Notes: generated by a model from the sequence alone, not told the origin. 64,000 nucleotides of DNA from Deltaproteobacteria bacterium (GCA_034670305.1 JAXMNT010000008.1:147321-211320), one strand, 5' to 3'. Shown: positions 8,093 through 19,556, counted from the first letter of the stretch. Translations and numbers: made by a program.

Positions 8093-10246
8093 ATGCCGCC
8101 GCCTCCTCCGCTCCTCGCCTCCGTCGTCGACTCCGTCACCGTCTTCCGCAAAGGCGCACTCGTCCGCCGGGTCGCTGATCTGAGCGGCCTCGACGCCGCT
8201 GTCCGCCGCGTCCGCTTCGGTCCGCTGCCGATTGGCGCGGACGACGACTCGGTCCGCGTCAGCGCCGCGTGCACCCCCACCGAGATGCGGGTCGTGCTGG
8301 CGACCATGGCGCCGCAGGAGCATCTCGCGCCGCCGGAAGACGCGGAGTTGCTGGTCGCGCGCGCGGAGGAGCTGCGGATCGAAGCGAACATCGAGGCGCA
8401 CCGGCAGTCGATCGCAGCGCTGCAATCGATCGCCATCGCCCCACGGCGCCATGCACCCGAGAGCGCCCCCAACGGGATCCCCCACGAAGCCCGCATGGCA
8501 CTCATCGAGCTGCGGCGGACGAAGAGCGAATTGCTGCACGCGAAGATCGCCGAGCTGAGCGAGACGCTGCGGACGGCGCGGCTCACTCGCCAAGCACTCG
8601 AACAACGACTGCACCTCGCGTCGACCGCACGCCAGACCCGTGCCCACGAGCTGCGCAAAGCCGTCGACGTGTCTTTCGACACCAGCCCCACAGGCACGCT
8701 CGCGGTGGAGTACCTGGTTGGCGGCGCGTGCTGGTGTCCAACCTACGCGCTGCGCCTCGACGAGGAGCTCGCGTCGGGTTCGCTCGAGATGCGCGGCCTG
8801 GTGGCGCAGCGTTCGGGCGAAGACTGGACCGGCGCACAGCTCGTCCTCTCCACCGCACGCCCCCACACCTTCGTGGATCTTCCGGAGGCGACCTCCATTC
8901 GGATCGGACGACAGCAACCTCCGCCGAGCAAGACGGGCTGGCGTTCCCCACCGGCCGGCGCCGACGCACTCTTCGCCGACGCAGACCGCGCCTACAGCCG
9001 TCCGCCGGCGCCGGCCAGGACGCCTCCGCCACGTGTCGAACCCGCTCCGCGCCCACCGGCGGAGGTGGCTGCCGCCGCGGCGCTCTTCGCGGTGACCGAC
9101 GGCGCGAACATGCCGGTCGGCGGTGCCGCACCGATGCCACCACCGCAGATGGGGGCGCCTCCGATGCCGCCACCGCCGCCGCCGCCAGGAGGGATGCGCG
9201 CCCCGGCCCCGATGCCTTCGCGTCGAGGTGGACGCGCAGAAGCCAAGAAGAAAGCAAAGGGTGCGCCGCCATCCTTCGGCGGCGCCGCGCCACCGATGCT
9301 CGACGACGACATCACGGCGAGCCACTCGTTCGACGAAGGTGGCGGTGGTGCTGGTGCGGCGGGTGAGGTCGACGCCGCAGCGGCGATGTTGGCGTACGGC
9401 TCCCTGCGCATGGCCGCGCTGGACGAGCCAGGCCGAGGCACCCTGCACATCTCCGCGCGGGCCGAGCTCTACATGGAACTGCTCGTGGCGGAGGGTCGGG
9501 TCGTCGAGTTCGACATTCACGCGCTGGTGCAGACCGCAATGACCCAATCGAGCCGAATCGATCCACCCCCGGCGGGCACGCAGTTCCCTTCGTCGGTGGA
9601 TGGCTTCGATCACTCTTTCGAAGTCGCCGACCGCGTCGACGTGCTCTCCGATGGCGCCTTCCACGGCCTGCCGGTCTGGAGTGAGACGGCCGCCCCACGG
9701 CCCTTCTTCGTCACTGTGCCGCGAGAGGCGGACGACGTGTTTCGGTTCGTCGAGATGAACAACCCCATCGACGGACCGATCCTCCCGGGACCGCTCGACG
9801 TCTACGTCGGAGGCAAGTACCTGCTCGGACGCGATCTGAGCGTGACCCCGCGCGGCGCCAAGCTCGAGCTCGGACTGGGCGTCGAGCAAGGCATCAAGGT
9901 GGCGCGCAACACGCGGTTCGAAGAGCAATCCGCCGGACTGATGGGACGCGCACTCGAACTCGAACACACCCTCGAGATCGACCTCGAGAACCACACCTCC
10001 CGCGAAGTCCGGGTGGAAGTCCGGGAACGCATCCCGGTTGCGCGCGACGGGGACGACGACGTCGAGGTCAAGGTCGAGTCGGTGGAGCCTGCGTGGGAGC
10101 CGTGGGAACCAACCGGGCAATCGCTTGAAGGCGGCCACCGCTGGATCGTGTCCCTCGCCCCCTCCGCCAAACGCTCTCTCCGCGCGACCTACGTCGTTCG
10201 GATCAGCGCCAAGCACGAACTCGTCGGAGGCAACCGCCGTGACTGA
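8093..10246 (+). CDS. DUF4139/DUF4140 (MuiA-like) protein with Pro-rich middle region
   Basis: SVVDSVTVFRKGALVRR N-terminus, coiled coil, VAQRSGEDW..LSTARP, ILPGPLDVYVGG, ERIPV. Confidence 0.8.
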   Translation: MPPPPPLLASVVDSVTVFRKGALVRRVADLSGLDAAVRRVRFGPLPIGADDDSVRVSAACTPTEMRVVLATMAPQEHLAPPEDAELLVARAEELRIEANIEAHRQSIAALQSIAIAPRRHAPESAPNGIPHEARMALIELRRTKSELLHAKIAELSETLRTARLTRQALEQRLHLASTARQTRAHELRKAVDVSFDTSPTGTLAVEYLVGGACWCPTYALRLDEELASGSLEMRGLVAQRSGEDWTGAQLVLSTARPHTFVDLPEATSIRIGRQQPPPSKTGWRSPPAGADALFADADRAYSRPPAPARTPPPRVEPAPRPPAEVAAAAALFAVTDGANMPVGGAAPMPPPQMGAPPMPPPPPPPGGMRAPAPMPSRRGGRAEAKKKAKGAPPSFGGAAPPMLDDDITASHSFDEGGGGAGAAGEVDAAAAMLAYGSLRMAALDEPGRGTLHISARAELYMELLVAEGRVVEFDIHALVQTAMTQSSRIDPPPAGTQFPSSVDGFDHSFEVADRVDVLSDGAFHGLPVWSETAAPRPFFVTVPREADDVFRFVEMNNPIDGPILPGPLDVYVGGKYLLGRDLSVTPRGAKLELGLGVEQGIKVARNTRFEEQSAGLMGRALELEHTLEIDLENHTSREVRVEVRERIPVARDGDDDVEVKVESVEPAWEPWEPTGQSLEGGHRWIVSLAPSAKRSLRATYVVRISAKHELVGGNRRD

Positions 10247-11798
10247 TGCCAACTCGGATCGAATCTCACTCGACGCGCCCGTGCGCGAGGTGACGTTGCT
10301 CGAAGACCGCGCGGTCGTGACACGGGTCGGCCGCGTGTCCGTGCCAGCCGGCCTCTCCCGGTTGCGGGTGGCCGCCGTCGCACCGGTCCTCGCGGACAAG
10401 ACGCTCGAAGCCAGAGTCGAGGGTGCCCGGCTCATCGACGCGCGGTGCGGGCGCAAGCTCCTGACCCATGTGGAGTCCTCCTCCAGCGAACACGCCGCCG
10501 TCGTGAAGCTTCAGCGCGAGAACGATCACGCCGCCGCCAAGCTGCGCACCTCCCTTCAAGAACGGTCGCGGGAGCTCCAGGACCGAACGCTCGCAAGAGA
10601 ACACTGGGCCAAGGAGGTCGGCGACGACGTCGCGTGGGGCCAGAAGGATCCGGCCCGCTGGGCCGAGTCGCTGGATGCGGCGCTCGCGGCGGAGATCGTG
10701 CTGCGGGAATCGTTGGCTTTGGACCACGCGCGCGTCGCCGAACTCGACCGGCTCGCCCAGGATCTGGCGGTTCGCGCGGCTGCAACGAAGGACCCTTCGT
10801 CCCAGCGGCTTGCGTGGATCGATATCGACATCCAGGCGGACGCTTCTGGCACGGCAGAGATCCGGCTCACGTACGTCGTCCCCGCGGCCATGTGGAGGCC
10901 ACAACACCGCGCGCTCCTCGAGCGCGACGGCGACGGCTTCTCGGTGCGTTGGCAGATCGACGCATGCGTCTGGCAGCGAACCGGCGAAGCCTGGGAGGAC
11001 GCGGCGCTGACCTTCTCGACCGAACGTCCGTCGCTCGGGGTGCAGCCGCCGGACCTCGGCTCGGATATTCTGCGGGTGCGGAAGAAGCAGGAGCAGCTTC
11101 AAGTCGAAGCGCGTGAACAGACCGTGGCGACCACTGGCCTCGGGAGCGACAAGAACGTGCTCGATCAGTTGCCTGGCGTCGCCGACGGCGGCTCGACGGT
11201 GCGACTGAAGTCGCACGCCGCCGCCACCGTGCCGAGCGACGGCCGGCCGCACCGCATCCGCATCGCGGAGATCTCGATGCCGGCGTCGCGCCGGACCGTC
11301 CTGCTCGCCGAGCTCTCACCGATGGCGATCCTGGAGACCACGCAGGCCTGGGCCGCGGAATCGCCTCTGCTCGCCGGGCCGGTGGACTTGGTCCGTGAAG
11401 GCGTGATCGCGGGCCGGACCAAGGTGATGTTCGCAGCACCGGGAGAGAAGTTTGCGCTCGGCTGGGGACCGGAGACGTCGATCCGAGTGCAGCGTGAGGT
11501 CACGCGGCTGGACGGGAAGACGCGCATGCTCTCGAGCTGGATCAAGGTGCCGCATCAGGTGCGGCTCAAGCTCAGCAACCTCGGCGCGGAGCCGGTGACG
11601 CTCGAAGTGACCGAACGGTTGCCGGTGTCCGAGCTGCGCGAAGTCGAGATCGAAGTGGATCGTGGAGCGACGACAGGCGGCGCGTCTCCCGACGACGACG
11701 GCTTCGTCCGCTGGACGGTGACGGTGCCCCCCCACGGGCGCGACGTGATCGCCCTCGACTGGACCCTCGCGAAGAAGGACGACGTGAAGGGGATCTAG
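10239..11798 (+). CDS. DUF4139/DUF4140 (MuiA-like) protein, second paralogue
   Basis: VTLLEDRAVVTR, VWQRTGEAW..FSTERP, PLLAGPVDL, ERLPVSE; overlaps the upstream paralogue by 8 nt. Confidence 0.8.
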   Translation: MTDANSDRISLDAPVREVTLLEDRAVVTRVGRVSVPAGLSRLRVAAVAPVLADKTLEARVEGARLIDARCGRKLLTHVESSSSEHAAVVKLQRENDHAAAKLRTSLQERSRELQDRTLAREHWAKEVGDDVAWGQKDPARWAESLDAALAAEIVLRESLALDHARVAELDRLAQDLAVRAAATKDPSSQRLAWIDIDIQADASGTAEIRLTYVVPAAMWRPQHRALLERDGDGFSVRWQIDACVWQRTGEAWEDAALTFSTERPSLGVQPPDLGSDILRVRKKQEQLQVEAREQTVATTGLGSDKNVLDQLPGVADGGSTVRLKSHAAATVPSDGRPHRIRIAEISMPASRRTVLLAELSPMAILETTQAWAAESPLLAGPVDLVREGVIAGRTKVMFAAPGEKFALGWGPETSIRVQREVTRLDGKTRMLSSWIKVPHQVRLKLSNLGAEPVTLEVTERLPVSELREVEIEVDRGATTGGASPDDDGFVRWTVTVPPHGRDVIALDWTLAKKDDVKGI

Positions 11799-12574
11799 AG
11801 GCCGCTGCTTTTGAGGCTTTGGTTCTGTTCTTGGGTCAGCGGAAGGTGCAGGCCGCACTCGCGCTTCTTGCCCAGGATTCTTCCGTCGCGCGGATCCATG
11901 TCGTCGGTGGTCGGGAGCGTGCTGTGCACGTCGCCGATAGAGCGGTACCCCTCCGCGTAGAGCGGGTGGTAGGGGAGCTCGTGTTCGTCGATGTAGGCTT
12001 CGGCGCGCTCGAGGGTCCAATCGAGGATGGGGTGGATCTTCACCCGGCCGTCCTGGGTGCCGACGCGGCTGAGCCCGGCGCGGTGTTCCGTCTGTCGGGA
12101 TCGCAGCCCGGCCATCCACGCGGTGGCGCCGAGTTCATTCAGCGCGCGCTGCATGGGTTCGACCTTGTTGCGTTGCAGGTACGCCTGCACGCCCTCGTCG
12201 CCTTGCTCCCAGAGTCGACCGTAGAGTGCTTCCTCCCGCGCCGCGGTCATGCGCGGACCGTATACCTGCAGGTTCAGACCGAACCGTCGCTGCAACTCGT
12301 CCGCGAAGCGGTAGGTCTCCGGGAAGAGGTGACCGGTGTCGAGGAAGATGACGGGGGTGCGCGGTGCGACGCGGTGCACGAGGTGCAGCATCACCGCCGA
12401 GTGCGCGCCGAAGCTCGACGACATCACGAGGCCATCGCCGAACCGCTCGGCCGCCCACGCGATCACGTCCTCGGCCGAACCACCCTCCAAGCCCGCATTC
12501 GCCGAGGCCAAACCCGCGTCGTCGAGGACTGGGATCGGCACCTCGGGGGCAGCCAGTGGCGGGGGCGCGTTCAT
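11795..12574 (-). CDS. cysH: PAPS/APS reductase
   Basis: SSSFG, LDTGHLFPETY, KVEPM, GYRSIGD and C-terminal ECGLH motifs. Confidence 0.93.
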   Translation of the reverse strand: MNAPPPLAAPEVPIPVLDDAGLASANAGLEGGSAEDVIAWAAERFGDGLVMSSSFGAHSAVMLHLVHRVAPRTPVIFLDTGHLFPETYRFADELQRRFGLNLQVYGPRMTAAREEALYGRLWEQGDEGVQAYLQRNKVEPMQRALNELGATAWMAGLRSRQTEHRAGLSRVGTQDGRVKIHPILDWTLERAEAYIDEHELPYHPLYAEGYRSIGDVHSTLPTTDDMDPRDGRILGKKRECGLHLPLTQEQNQSLKSSGL

Positions 12575-12584
12575 GGCGTGAGCT

Positions 12585-12704
12585 AACTTGACGTTCTAGG
12601 TGAAGATTCGCAACGCAAAACTTGAACCCACTGCGTCGTTTTGCTCAGTACCATGATTTCACCGAATAAAACGGACACATATAGACGACCATATTGGTCA
12701 ACAT
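12585..12704. promoter_or_regulatory. Two candidate Rrf2 (IscR/CymR-like) operator sites upstream of cysH
   Basis: AACTTGAC-N7-GTGAAGAT (12585-12607) and ATAGACGAC-N7-GTCAACAT (12681-12704) resemble the GAC-N7-GTC IscR type-1 layout. Confidence 0.35.
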
Positions 12705-12743
12705 CAACTCCCGCAGCGATTAGATCGTGATCTCTCCAACCAA

Positions 12744-12775
12744 GCGATCTACTGTACAGCGGTTCAGTAGATCGC
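12744..12775. promoter_or_regulatory. Putative LexA (SOS) operator within a 32-bp palindrome
   Basis: GCGATCTACTG-N10-CAGTAGATCGC perfect arms; core CTGTAC-N4-GTTCAG resembles the Myxococcus LexA box; lies immediately before imuA. Confidence 0.7.
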
Positions 12776-12776
12776 C

Positions 12777-13520
12777 GTGCTCCGCCCTCCCCTCTCGCTC
12801 GTCGTTTCCGACCCTCTGGCCCCAGTTCCGGGCGACGCGGAGATCCGATCCGAGCCGCAGCTCGAACCCGGCGGATCCCTCGAGGTCATCGCGCCTCCTG
12901 GTACCGGAGGCCTGACCTTCGCGTCTCGGTGGGTGCGGCGCATCGCATCCCAAGGCGAGACCTGCCTCGTCGTCGACGCCCGCGCCGGCACGTTTCCCCA
13001 CGCCTGGGTGCCGCCCGCACTCGAGCGCGCGTCGGGTTCGATTTGGATCGTCGTCCCCACCGATCCCTCCGCGGCATGGATCGCGATCGACATCGCGGTC
13101 CGTGCCGCTGCGTTCGCGCTCGTCGTGGCCATCGATCCGCCGGTCGCCGACCGAGGCCGGGTCGCGCCGCGTCTCCGCCGTCTGCTCGAGCGCACCGAAG
13201 GACGCCTCCTCGTCGTGACTGCGCAGCACGTGCTGCGCGCGCGTCGGTCGCTGGTGTTGCCGCCCACCTCCATCCGCTGGCTCGAGTCTCCGCTCGGCCC
13301 CGCTCCGCTCCTTCCCTCCCCGATTCCCGCGCCGCTCCTTCCCGAGCGGCAAGGACCTCCCGATGACGACGCCCACGACCTCGCCTCCGCCACCGATCGC
13401 CTGCGTGTTCGCCCCCGCGCTCCCGATCGTCGCTCATCACGGCACGCGCCTCGCCACCACGAGGCCCCTCGCGGTGCACCGCGGCCGGGGGACCGCCGCC
13501 CGGATCGTGTGGTGCAATGA
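12777..13520 (+). CDS. imuA: ImuA-like (RecA-fold) protein
   Basis: [14 protein letters not shown] degenerate P-loop, [21 protein letters not shown]; first gene of the imuB-dnaE2 cassette; C-terminal tail overlaps imuB. Confidence 0.7.
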   Translation: MLRPPLSLVVSDPLAPVPGDAEIRSEPQLEPGGSLEVIAPPGTGGLTFASRWVRRIASQGETCLVVDARAGTFPHAWVPPALERASGSIWIVVPTDPSAAWIAIDIAVRAAAFALVVAIDPPVADRGRVAPRLRRLLERTEGRLLVVTAQHVLRARRSLVLPPTSIRWLESPLGPAPLLPSPIPAPLLPERQGPPDDDAHDLASATDRLRVRPRAPDRRSSRHAPRHHEAPRGAPRPGDRRPDRVVQ

Positions 13521-14871
13521 GATCGCGTCGCGACAGGGCGTGCACTCGGGACAAACACTGGCGGCGGCACGGGCGCACGTCTCCTCGCTGCGCAGCCACG
13601 ACCTCGATCCCGGTCGGCTCGCTCGGACACGGCGCGCCGTCGTCGCGACATTGCTGCGGCTGACCCCGCGCATCCGAGGCGACGGGGCTGGTCGCTTCTG
13701 GGCGGAGCCGGTGCGGCTCGCGGGCGAGACCGGGACCGCACCACTCGAACGCTGGGCCCACGACGCCCAAGCGCTGCTGCGGCCTCTGGAGCCGGTGGCG
13801 ATCGGCGTGGGTCCCACCGCGACGGTCGCCTACGCCGCGGCCTGTCTCGGCGGCGTGCACTGCGCGCTCGGCGCCGACGCGGACACCGTGCTGCATGCCG
13901 CCCCGGTGGAGGTGCTCGAGATCGATGGCGAGACCGTGTCGATCCTCGCGTCGCTCGGCATTCGAACCGTCAAGCAGCTCCTCCAGCACGACCCGGTGTC
14001 GCTCGGCATGCGCTTCGGGCCGGGTCTCGCCGAAGCCCATCGACGCGCGCGCGGCATCGATCCCCGCGGGCCGAGCACCCCCAAGACAGAGCCCTCCGCT
14101 CAGGTGCGGCTCGAGTTCGACGATCCGCTCTCGTCGCTCGACGCGATCGTGTTCCTGCTCGGTCCTGCCTGCGAGCGGCTGCTGGACGAACTTCGGAGTC
14201 GGGAGCGGGCCGTCGCGGTCGCCCACCTGTTCCTCGAGGAAGAACGCACCGACGCGCGGGCGTCGATCGAAGTGCGTGCCGGCGCGCCGATCGACGACGC
14301 CCGCAGCCTGCTGGAACTGTTTCGAACGAAGCTCGAACGCACCACGCTCCGCGCGCCGGTGGTGGCGCTCGAACTTCGAGCGACCGAACAGGTGCCCCAC
14401 GCGCGCCGCACCCTGCCGATGCCGCACGGTCCGCCGGAGAGCCGCGACGGCGCCCGCGAAGTCGCACTCGAACGGCTGCGTGCTCGGCTCGGACCGGAAG
14501 CGGTTCGGCAAGCGAGCCGGGTCGAGCGCGGCCACCTCGGGGAACGCGCGCAGTGGTTGGTACGACTCGACTCCCCCAGCATCACCACCGAGCCCGCGCC
14601 TGGCGAAGCGCTCCCGTGGCGGCGCGTGGATCCGCCGGCGCAGGTGGTCCGCGGCGCAGCCACGGTGGCGGGACAGCGGCGCCGCATCCTCCGGCTCAGC
14701 CGGGTGGAACGCGCCCAGCGCGCGTGGTGGGGCGACACGCCGCGTGCGGGCGGGGAAGCGGACGTGGAGCTGCTCGCCTGGGCCGAACTCGAAGGGCCCC
14801 TGCTCGCGCTCGTACGCGCGCGCTTCGGCGCGGACCGCGACCAATGGGAGGTGATCGCGTGGCTCGATTGA
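13363..14871 (+). CDS. imuB: ImuB, inactive Y-family polymerase
   Basis: IACVFAP N-terminus lacking the catalytic Asp, [36 protein letters not shown] motifs; located between imuA and dnaE2. Confidence 0.8.
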   Translation: MTTPTTSPPPPIACVFAPALPIVAHHGTRLATTRPLAVHRGRGTAARIVWCNEIASRQGVHSGQTLAAARAHVSSLRSHDLDPGRLARTRRAVVATLLRLTPRIRGDGAGRFWAEPVRLAGETGTAPLERWAHDAQALLRPLEPVAIGVGPTATVAYAAACLGGVHCALGADADTVLHAAPVEVLEIDGETVSILASLGIRTVKQLLQHDPVSLGMRFGPGLAEAHRRARGIDPRGPSTPKTEPSAQVRLEFDDPLSSLDAIVFLLGPACERLLDELRSRERAVAVAHLFLEEERTDARASIEVRAGAPIDDARSLLELFRTKLERTTLRAPVVALELRATEQVPHARRTLPMPHGPPESRDGAREVALERLRARLGPEAVRQASRVERGHLGERAQWLVRLDSPSITTEPAPGEALPWRRVDPPAQVVRGAATVAGQRRRILRLSRVERAQRAWWGDTPRAGGEADVELLAWAELEGPLLALVRARFGADRDQWEVIAWLD

Positions 14872-15150
14872 AGGCGAAGCGCGGCGCTGGGCCGAAGCGC
14901 AGTCCCGAACGAGCAGCCGTAGCGAGCAGCGTCGAAGCTGGCGGAGCTGGCGCCGAAGCCAGCGCGCCGTGCTCGGCGAAGCGGCTGGAACCGACGGTGT
15001 ACGTCTCGCTCTGGGAACGCGGCTTCGCCCGCGAACTCGGCCGACTCCGCGGCGGGGACGACCGCGATCCAGATGCTTCTTGAAGTGGACGTACCAGTGA
15101 CGGACGCAGCATGCCCTGCGCTCGCGCTGCCTTCTCCCCGACGTGCCCGC

Positions 15151-15357
15151 GGTGCAGTCACCGGCCGCGGGTTCGCGCGGCTCCCTTCTCGCCGCCGACT
15201 CACTCCTGACCACGGTGCAGTCACCGGCCGCGGGTTCGCGCGGCGCCCTTCTCGCCAACGACTCACTCCTGCCGGTGCAATCAGCGGCCGCGGGTTCGCG
15301 CGGCTCCCTTCTCGCCAACGACTCACTCCTGCCCGCGGTGCAGTCAGCGGCCGCGGG
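15151..15357 (+). repeat. 60-63 bp tandem repeat, about 3.4 copies
   Basis: Units start at 15151, 15214, 15274 and 15337 with GGTGCAGTCA(C/G)CGGCCGCGGGTTCGCGCGGC...ACTCACTCCTG. Confidence 0.9.
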
Positions 15358-15419
15358 GCGGTCGGTTCGGGGAGAGTGGGGGGGAGTTGGGGGGAGTGGG
15401 GGGGAGTTCACACAGGGAG

Positions 15420-15770
<351 letters not shown>

Positions 15771-15788
15771 GGTTCGGCCTGGCTCGCC

Positions 15789-18700
15789 GTGACGTCTTCC
15801 ATCGACACGTCCTACGTCGAGCTCCACGCGCGCAGCGCGTTCTCCTTCCTCGACGGAGCCTCGACGCCCGAACAACTCGCCGCGCGCGCCTCGGAAGTCG
15901 GGTTGCACGCGCTCGCGCTCACCGACCTCGACGACCTGGGCGGCGCGGTCCGGTTCGCGGAGGCATGCGCAGCGAACGGGGTGCGACCCATCTTCGGGGC
16001 AGAGCTCACCGTGCGACCGGGCGACGCCTCAGACGCGGCGTTTGGAACACGTCGCGCCAGAAAACGAAGCGCCCTGAAGCCGCCCGCACACGACGGAGAC
16101 GCGCCCGTCGTGCTGCTGTGTGAAGACGCGCGCGGCTGGGCCAACCTCGCGCAGCTGATCTCCGACGCGCGCTGCGCACCGCGCGGGCTGCCCTTCGTCG
16201 ATCTCGACCGGCTCGCGGCTGCCTCCAAAGGGTTGGTCTGCCTCACCGGTGGGCGGGGCGGATGCGTCGCCCGTTCCCCGCACCCGGCGCGGCTCGCTGG
16301 GCAGCTGGCGGACATCTTCGAGGACCGGTTCTACGTGGAGGTCAGCGACCACCAGCTCTTCGACGACGTCGCGTTCGTCCGCGACACGATCGACATCGCA
16401 CGCACGCTCGGTGCGCCGTGGGTGGTCACCGGCGATGTGCGCCACGCGGCCCCGCACGACCGCGCGCTGCACGACGCGCTGGTCTGTCTCAAACACCGCA
16501 CCACGCTCGAAGAAGCCGGCGACCTGCTCTTCCCGAACGATGCGCGGCATCTGCGCGGTCCAAGCGCGGTTGCGCACGCGTGGCGAAGCACTCCCGCGGG
16601 GGTGCTCCGAACGCTCGAGGTCGCCGAACGGTGCAAGTTCTCGCTGCTCCACGACCTCCGCCCCCAGCTCCCTACCTTTCCGCTGCCCGACGGAGTCGAC
16701 GACGCGGACGCGCTGCTCGAACATCACGCGCGCGAAGGCTTCGCCCGGCGCTACACCCATCCCACCGACCGCCACCACGCGCAGCTTCGAACCGAGCTCG
16801 ACCTGATCCGCACACTGGGACTCGCGGGCTACTTTCTCATCGTGCACGACATCGTGCGGTTCGCGCGGCACCGCGACATCCTCGTGCAAGGGCGAGGCAG
16901 CGCCGCCAACAGCGTGGTCTGTTACTGCCTCGGCATCACCTCGGTCGATCCGATCGGACTCGAGCTGCTCTTCGAGCGGTTCCTCTCCGAAGGCCGGGGC
17001 GAACCACCGGACATCGACCTCGACATCGCGCACCGCGACCGCGAAGAGGTGCTTCAGTACGTCTACGAACGCTACGGCCGAGAGCACGCCGCGATGGTCT
17101 GCAACACCATCACCTGGCGCGGCAAGAGCACCGTGCGCGACGCCGCGCGGGTGCTCGGGTTTCCGCCCGCGATCGGAGACGCCCTCAGCGCCGAGGTCGG
17201 GCACGCGGTCGCCTCGGACGCCAGCACCGACACCGCGTTCTCCGAACACGCGGGCGCCGCCGACGCGCTTCTGAACGGAGGCCTCGAACGCGCCGGACTC
17301 GACCCCCGGGACTCGAGGGTGCGCGCGCTCTTGCGCATCGTGCGCGGACTCGAAGGACTGCCGCGCCACCGCGGCATCCACGTCGGCGGGTTCGTGCTCA
17401 CGGGCGGCAAACTCTCCGAGGTGGTCCCGATCGAACCGGCCGCCATGGAGGGCAGAACCGTCATCCAGTGGGACAAAGACGACCTGCCGCCGCTCGGCCT
17501 GGTGAAGATCGATCTGCTCGGGCTCGGCATGCTCACGCTGCTCTCCGACGCACTCCGGTTCATGCACACCGGCCGCGGCGCCTCGTTCGAACTGCACACC
17601 CTGCCGCCGGACGACGAAGCGACCTACGCGATGATCCGCGCCGCCGACACGGTGGGCGTCTTCCAGATCGAATCACGCGCCCAGATGAACGTGCTGCCGC
17701 GCACCCGCCCGGAGCGGTTCTACGACTTGGTCGTGCAGGTCGCGCTGGTTCGGCCGGGCCCGATCCAGGGCGAGATGGTGCACCCCTACCTGCGGCGGCG
17801 CCGCGGCGAAGAACCCATCGAGTACCTGCACCCGATGCTCGAACCGGTGCTGCGCCGCACCCTCGGCGTGCCGCTCTTCCAAGAGCAGGGCATGAAACTC
17901 GCCATCGTCGCGGCGGGGTTCACGCCCGCGCAGGCGGATGCGTTGCGGCGCGCGATGGGACGCAAACGAAGCCGCAGTCAGATGGCGCGGCTCGCGCTCG
18001 AACTCATGCAAGGCATGGAGACGCGGGGCATCCCGGCCGACATCGCCGAACGCATCGTCAAACAGCTCGCCGCGTTCGCGAGCTACGGGTTCCCCGAGAG
18101 CCACGCGGCGAGCTTCGCGCTCCTCGTCTACGCGTCCGCGTACCTCAAGCGGCACTTCGCGCCGGAATTCTTCGCCGCGATCCTCGATGCGCAACCGATG
18201 GGTTTCTACAACGTCGGCACCCTGATCGCGGACGCACGCCGGCACGGCGTCGAGGTGCTGCGCCCCGACGTGAACGCGTCGGGCTGGGGGAGCGTGCTCG
18301 AACCACGCGCAGCGCCGCGCGACGACCTCGGGGCAGGACCGCCGGCATTGCGTCTCGGGCTTCGGCTCGTGCGCGGTCTCGGAAAGAACGCGCAGGAGAA
18401 GTTCGAAGCGGCGTGCGCGCATCGTCCGTTCGAGTCGGTGCAACAGTTCGCGGAAGCCACCGGGTTCGACAAACGAACGCTCACGCACCTCGCGCGGGCG
18501 GGTGCGCTGGACGCGCTGGCAGACCACCGGCGACATGCGGTATGGGAAGTGCTCCGAGTCGGCCGCCGGCGCGCCGGCCCACTCGACGCCACTCCGCTCG
18601 ACCCCCGCACCCCACCGCTCGATCCACCCGCACGATCGGCGCGGGTGCGGGACGACTACGCCGCGTTCGGTGGCTCCACCGAAGCGCATCCGATCTCGTT

Positions 18701-19007
18701 CCTCGCCGACCGCCGCACCCGCGCTGGCATGCCCACGTTGGCCGCGCTCCGCACCCACCCAACCGGCCCGGTGCGCATCGTCGGCCTCGTCATCTCGCGG
18801 CAGCGCCCGATGACCGCAAAGGGGTTCGTCTTCCTGGCGCTCGAAGACGAGACCGGCATGGCCAACGTCGTCATTCGCCCCGACCTCTTCGAACGCCAGC
18901 GCCGCGTCATCACCAGCGCCGTCACCCTCGTCATCGAAGGCCAACTCGAACGCCAACACGACGTCGTCAACGTCATCGCCCAGAAGTTCCGCCGCATCGG
19001 CGGATGA
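15789..19007 (+). CDS. dnaE2: Error-prone DNA polymerase DnaE2 (ImuC)
   Basis: [18 protein letters not shown] domain, [45 protein letters not shown]-fold RQRPMTAKG. Confidence 0.95.
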   Translation: MTSSIDTSYVELHARSAFSFLDGASTPEQLAARASEVGLHALALTDLDDLGGAVRFAEACAANGVRPIFGAELTVRPGDASDAAFGTRRARKRSALKPPAHDGDAPVVLLCEDARGWANLAQLISDARCAPRGLPFVDLDRLAAASKGLVCLTGGRGGCVARSPHPARLAGQLADIFEDRFYVEVSDHQLFDDVAFVRDTIDIARTLGAPWVVTGDVRHAAPHDRALHDALVCLKHRTTLEEAGDLLFPNDARHLRGPSAVAHAWRSTPAGVLRTLEVAERCKFSLLHDLRPQLPTFPLPDGVDDADALLEHHAREGFARRYTHPTDRHHAQLRTELDLIRTLGLAGYFLIVHDIVRFARHRDILVQGRGSAANSVVCYCLGITSVDPIGLELLFERFLSEGRGEPPDIDLDIAHRDREEVLQYVYERYGREHAAMVCNTITWRGKSTVRDAARVLGFPPAIGDALSAEVGHAVASDASTDTAFSEHAGAADALLNGGLERAGLDPRDSRVRALLRIVRGLEGLPRHRGIHVGGFVLTGGKLSEVVPIEPAAMEGRTVIQWDKDDLPPLGLVKIDLLGLGMLTLLSDALRFMHTGRGASFELHTLPPDDEATYAMIRAADTVGVFQIESRAQMNVLPRTRPERFYDLVVQVALVRPGPIQGEMVHPYLRRRRGEEPIEYLHPMLEPVLRRTLGVPLFQEQGMKLAIVAAGFTPAQADALRRAMGRKRSRSQMARLALELMQGMETRGIPADIAERIVKQLAAFASYGFPESHAASFALLVYASAYLKRHFAPEFFAAILDAQPMGFYNVGTLIADARRHGVEVLRPDVNASGWGSVLEPRAAPRDDLGAGPPALRLGLRLVRGLGKNAQEKFEAACAHRPFESVQQFAEATGFDKRTLTHLARAGALDALADHRRHAVWEVLRVGRRRAGPLDATPLDPRTPPLDPPARSARVRDDYAAFGGSTEAHPISFLADRRTRAGMPTLAALRTHPTGPVRIVGLVISRQRPMTAKGFVFLALEDETGMANVVIRPDLFERQRRVITSAVTLVIEGQLERQHDVVNVIAQKFRRIGG

Positions 19008-19072
19008 AACCACCACCTCCGGCATTCGGCGTCGGCGCCGGCCCCGGCTTCGCTTTCGGAGTCGGCCTCCGC

Positions 19073-19549
19073 TCAGCCCTCGGGCACGTCCCAGACGAAC
19101 CGCAGCGCCCCGCTCTCTGCGTCGAACGCCACCGCGAGGGTCTGAAAGCCAAGGGAGATCCAGACGGTCCAACAATCGCCGGCAGCCAACGCGTCGAGGT
19201 CGCCGAAGAGCACCGCCTCAGCGTGTGCGCCGGGACCCATCGTGTCGGTGAACCGCGCGCCGAGTTCCGAACAACGGCCACGCGACGCCGCCCGCGACGC
19301 GTCCGGCAACGCCTCCAACCACCGCACGGCGACGGCGTGACGGGAGTCGCCCTCGAGACCGTTGACCACCCCGGGGAACACTTCGTCCACCCGCGCGATC
19401 GCCTCGGCATCGCTGGCGATGGGTCTCGGGTCGGCCGTGGCCGGAGTCGCTGCTGGGGCTGGGGCCGAGGACTGAACCGGCGCGGGCACCACGGGGGCGG
19501 GATCGGACGCGCCGCAGGCCAATGCCAAGACCAGAAGACACCACTTCAT
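19073..19549 (-). CDS. Hypothetical lipoprotein
   Basis: [12 protein letters not shown] lipobox followed by a Pro/Ala linker and a globular domain. Confidence 0.6.
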   Translation of the reverse strand: MKWCLLVLALACGASDPAPVVPAPVQSSAPAPAATPATADPRPIASDAEAIARVDEVFPGVVNGLEGDSRHAVAVRWLEALPDASRAASRGRCSELGARFTDTMGPGAHAEAVLFGDLDALAAGDCWTVWISLGFQTLAVAFDAESGALRFVWDVPEG

Positions 19550-19556
19550 CGCCGAC

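Noticed and set aside
14868-15083. Small ORF directly after imuB
   Set aside because: Low-complexity sequence with no recognisable motif; cannot be supported as a gene
15151-15357. Possible CRISPR array
   Set aside because: Units are contiguous near-identical tandem copies with no unique spacers, and there are no cas genes in the window
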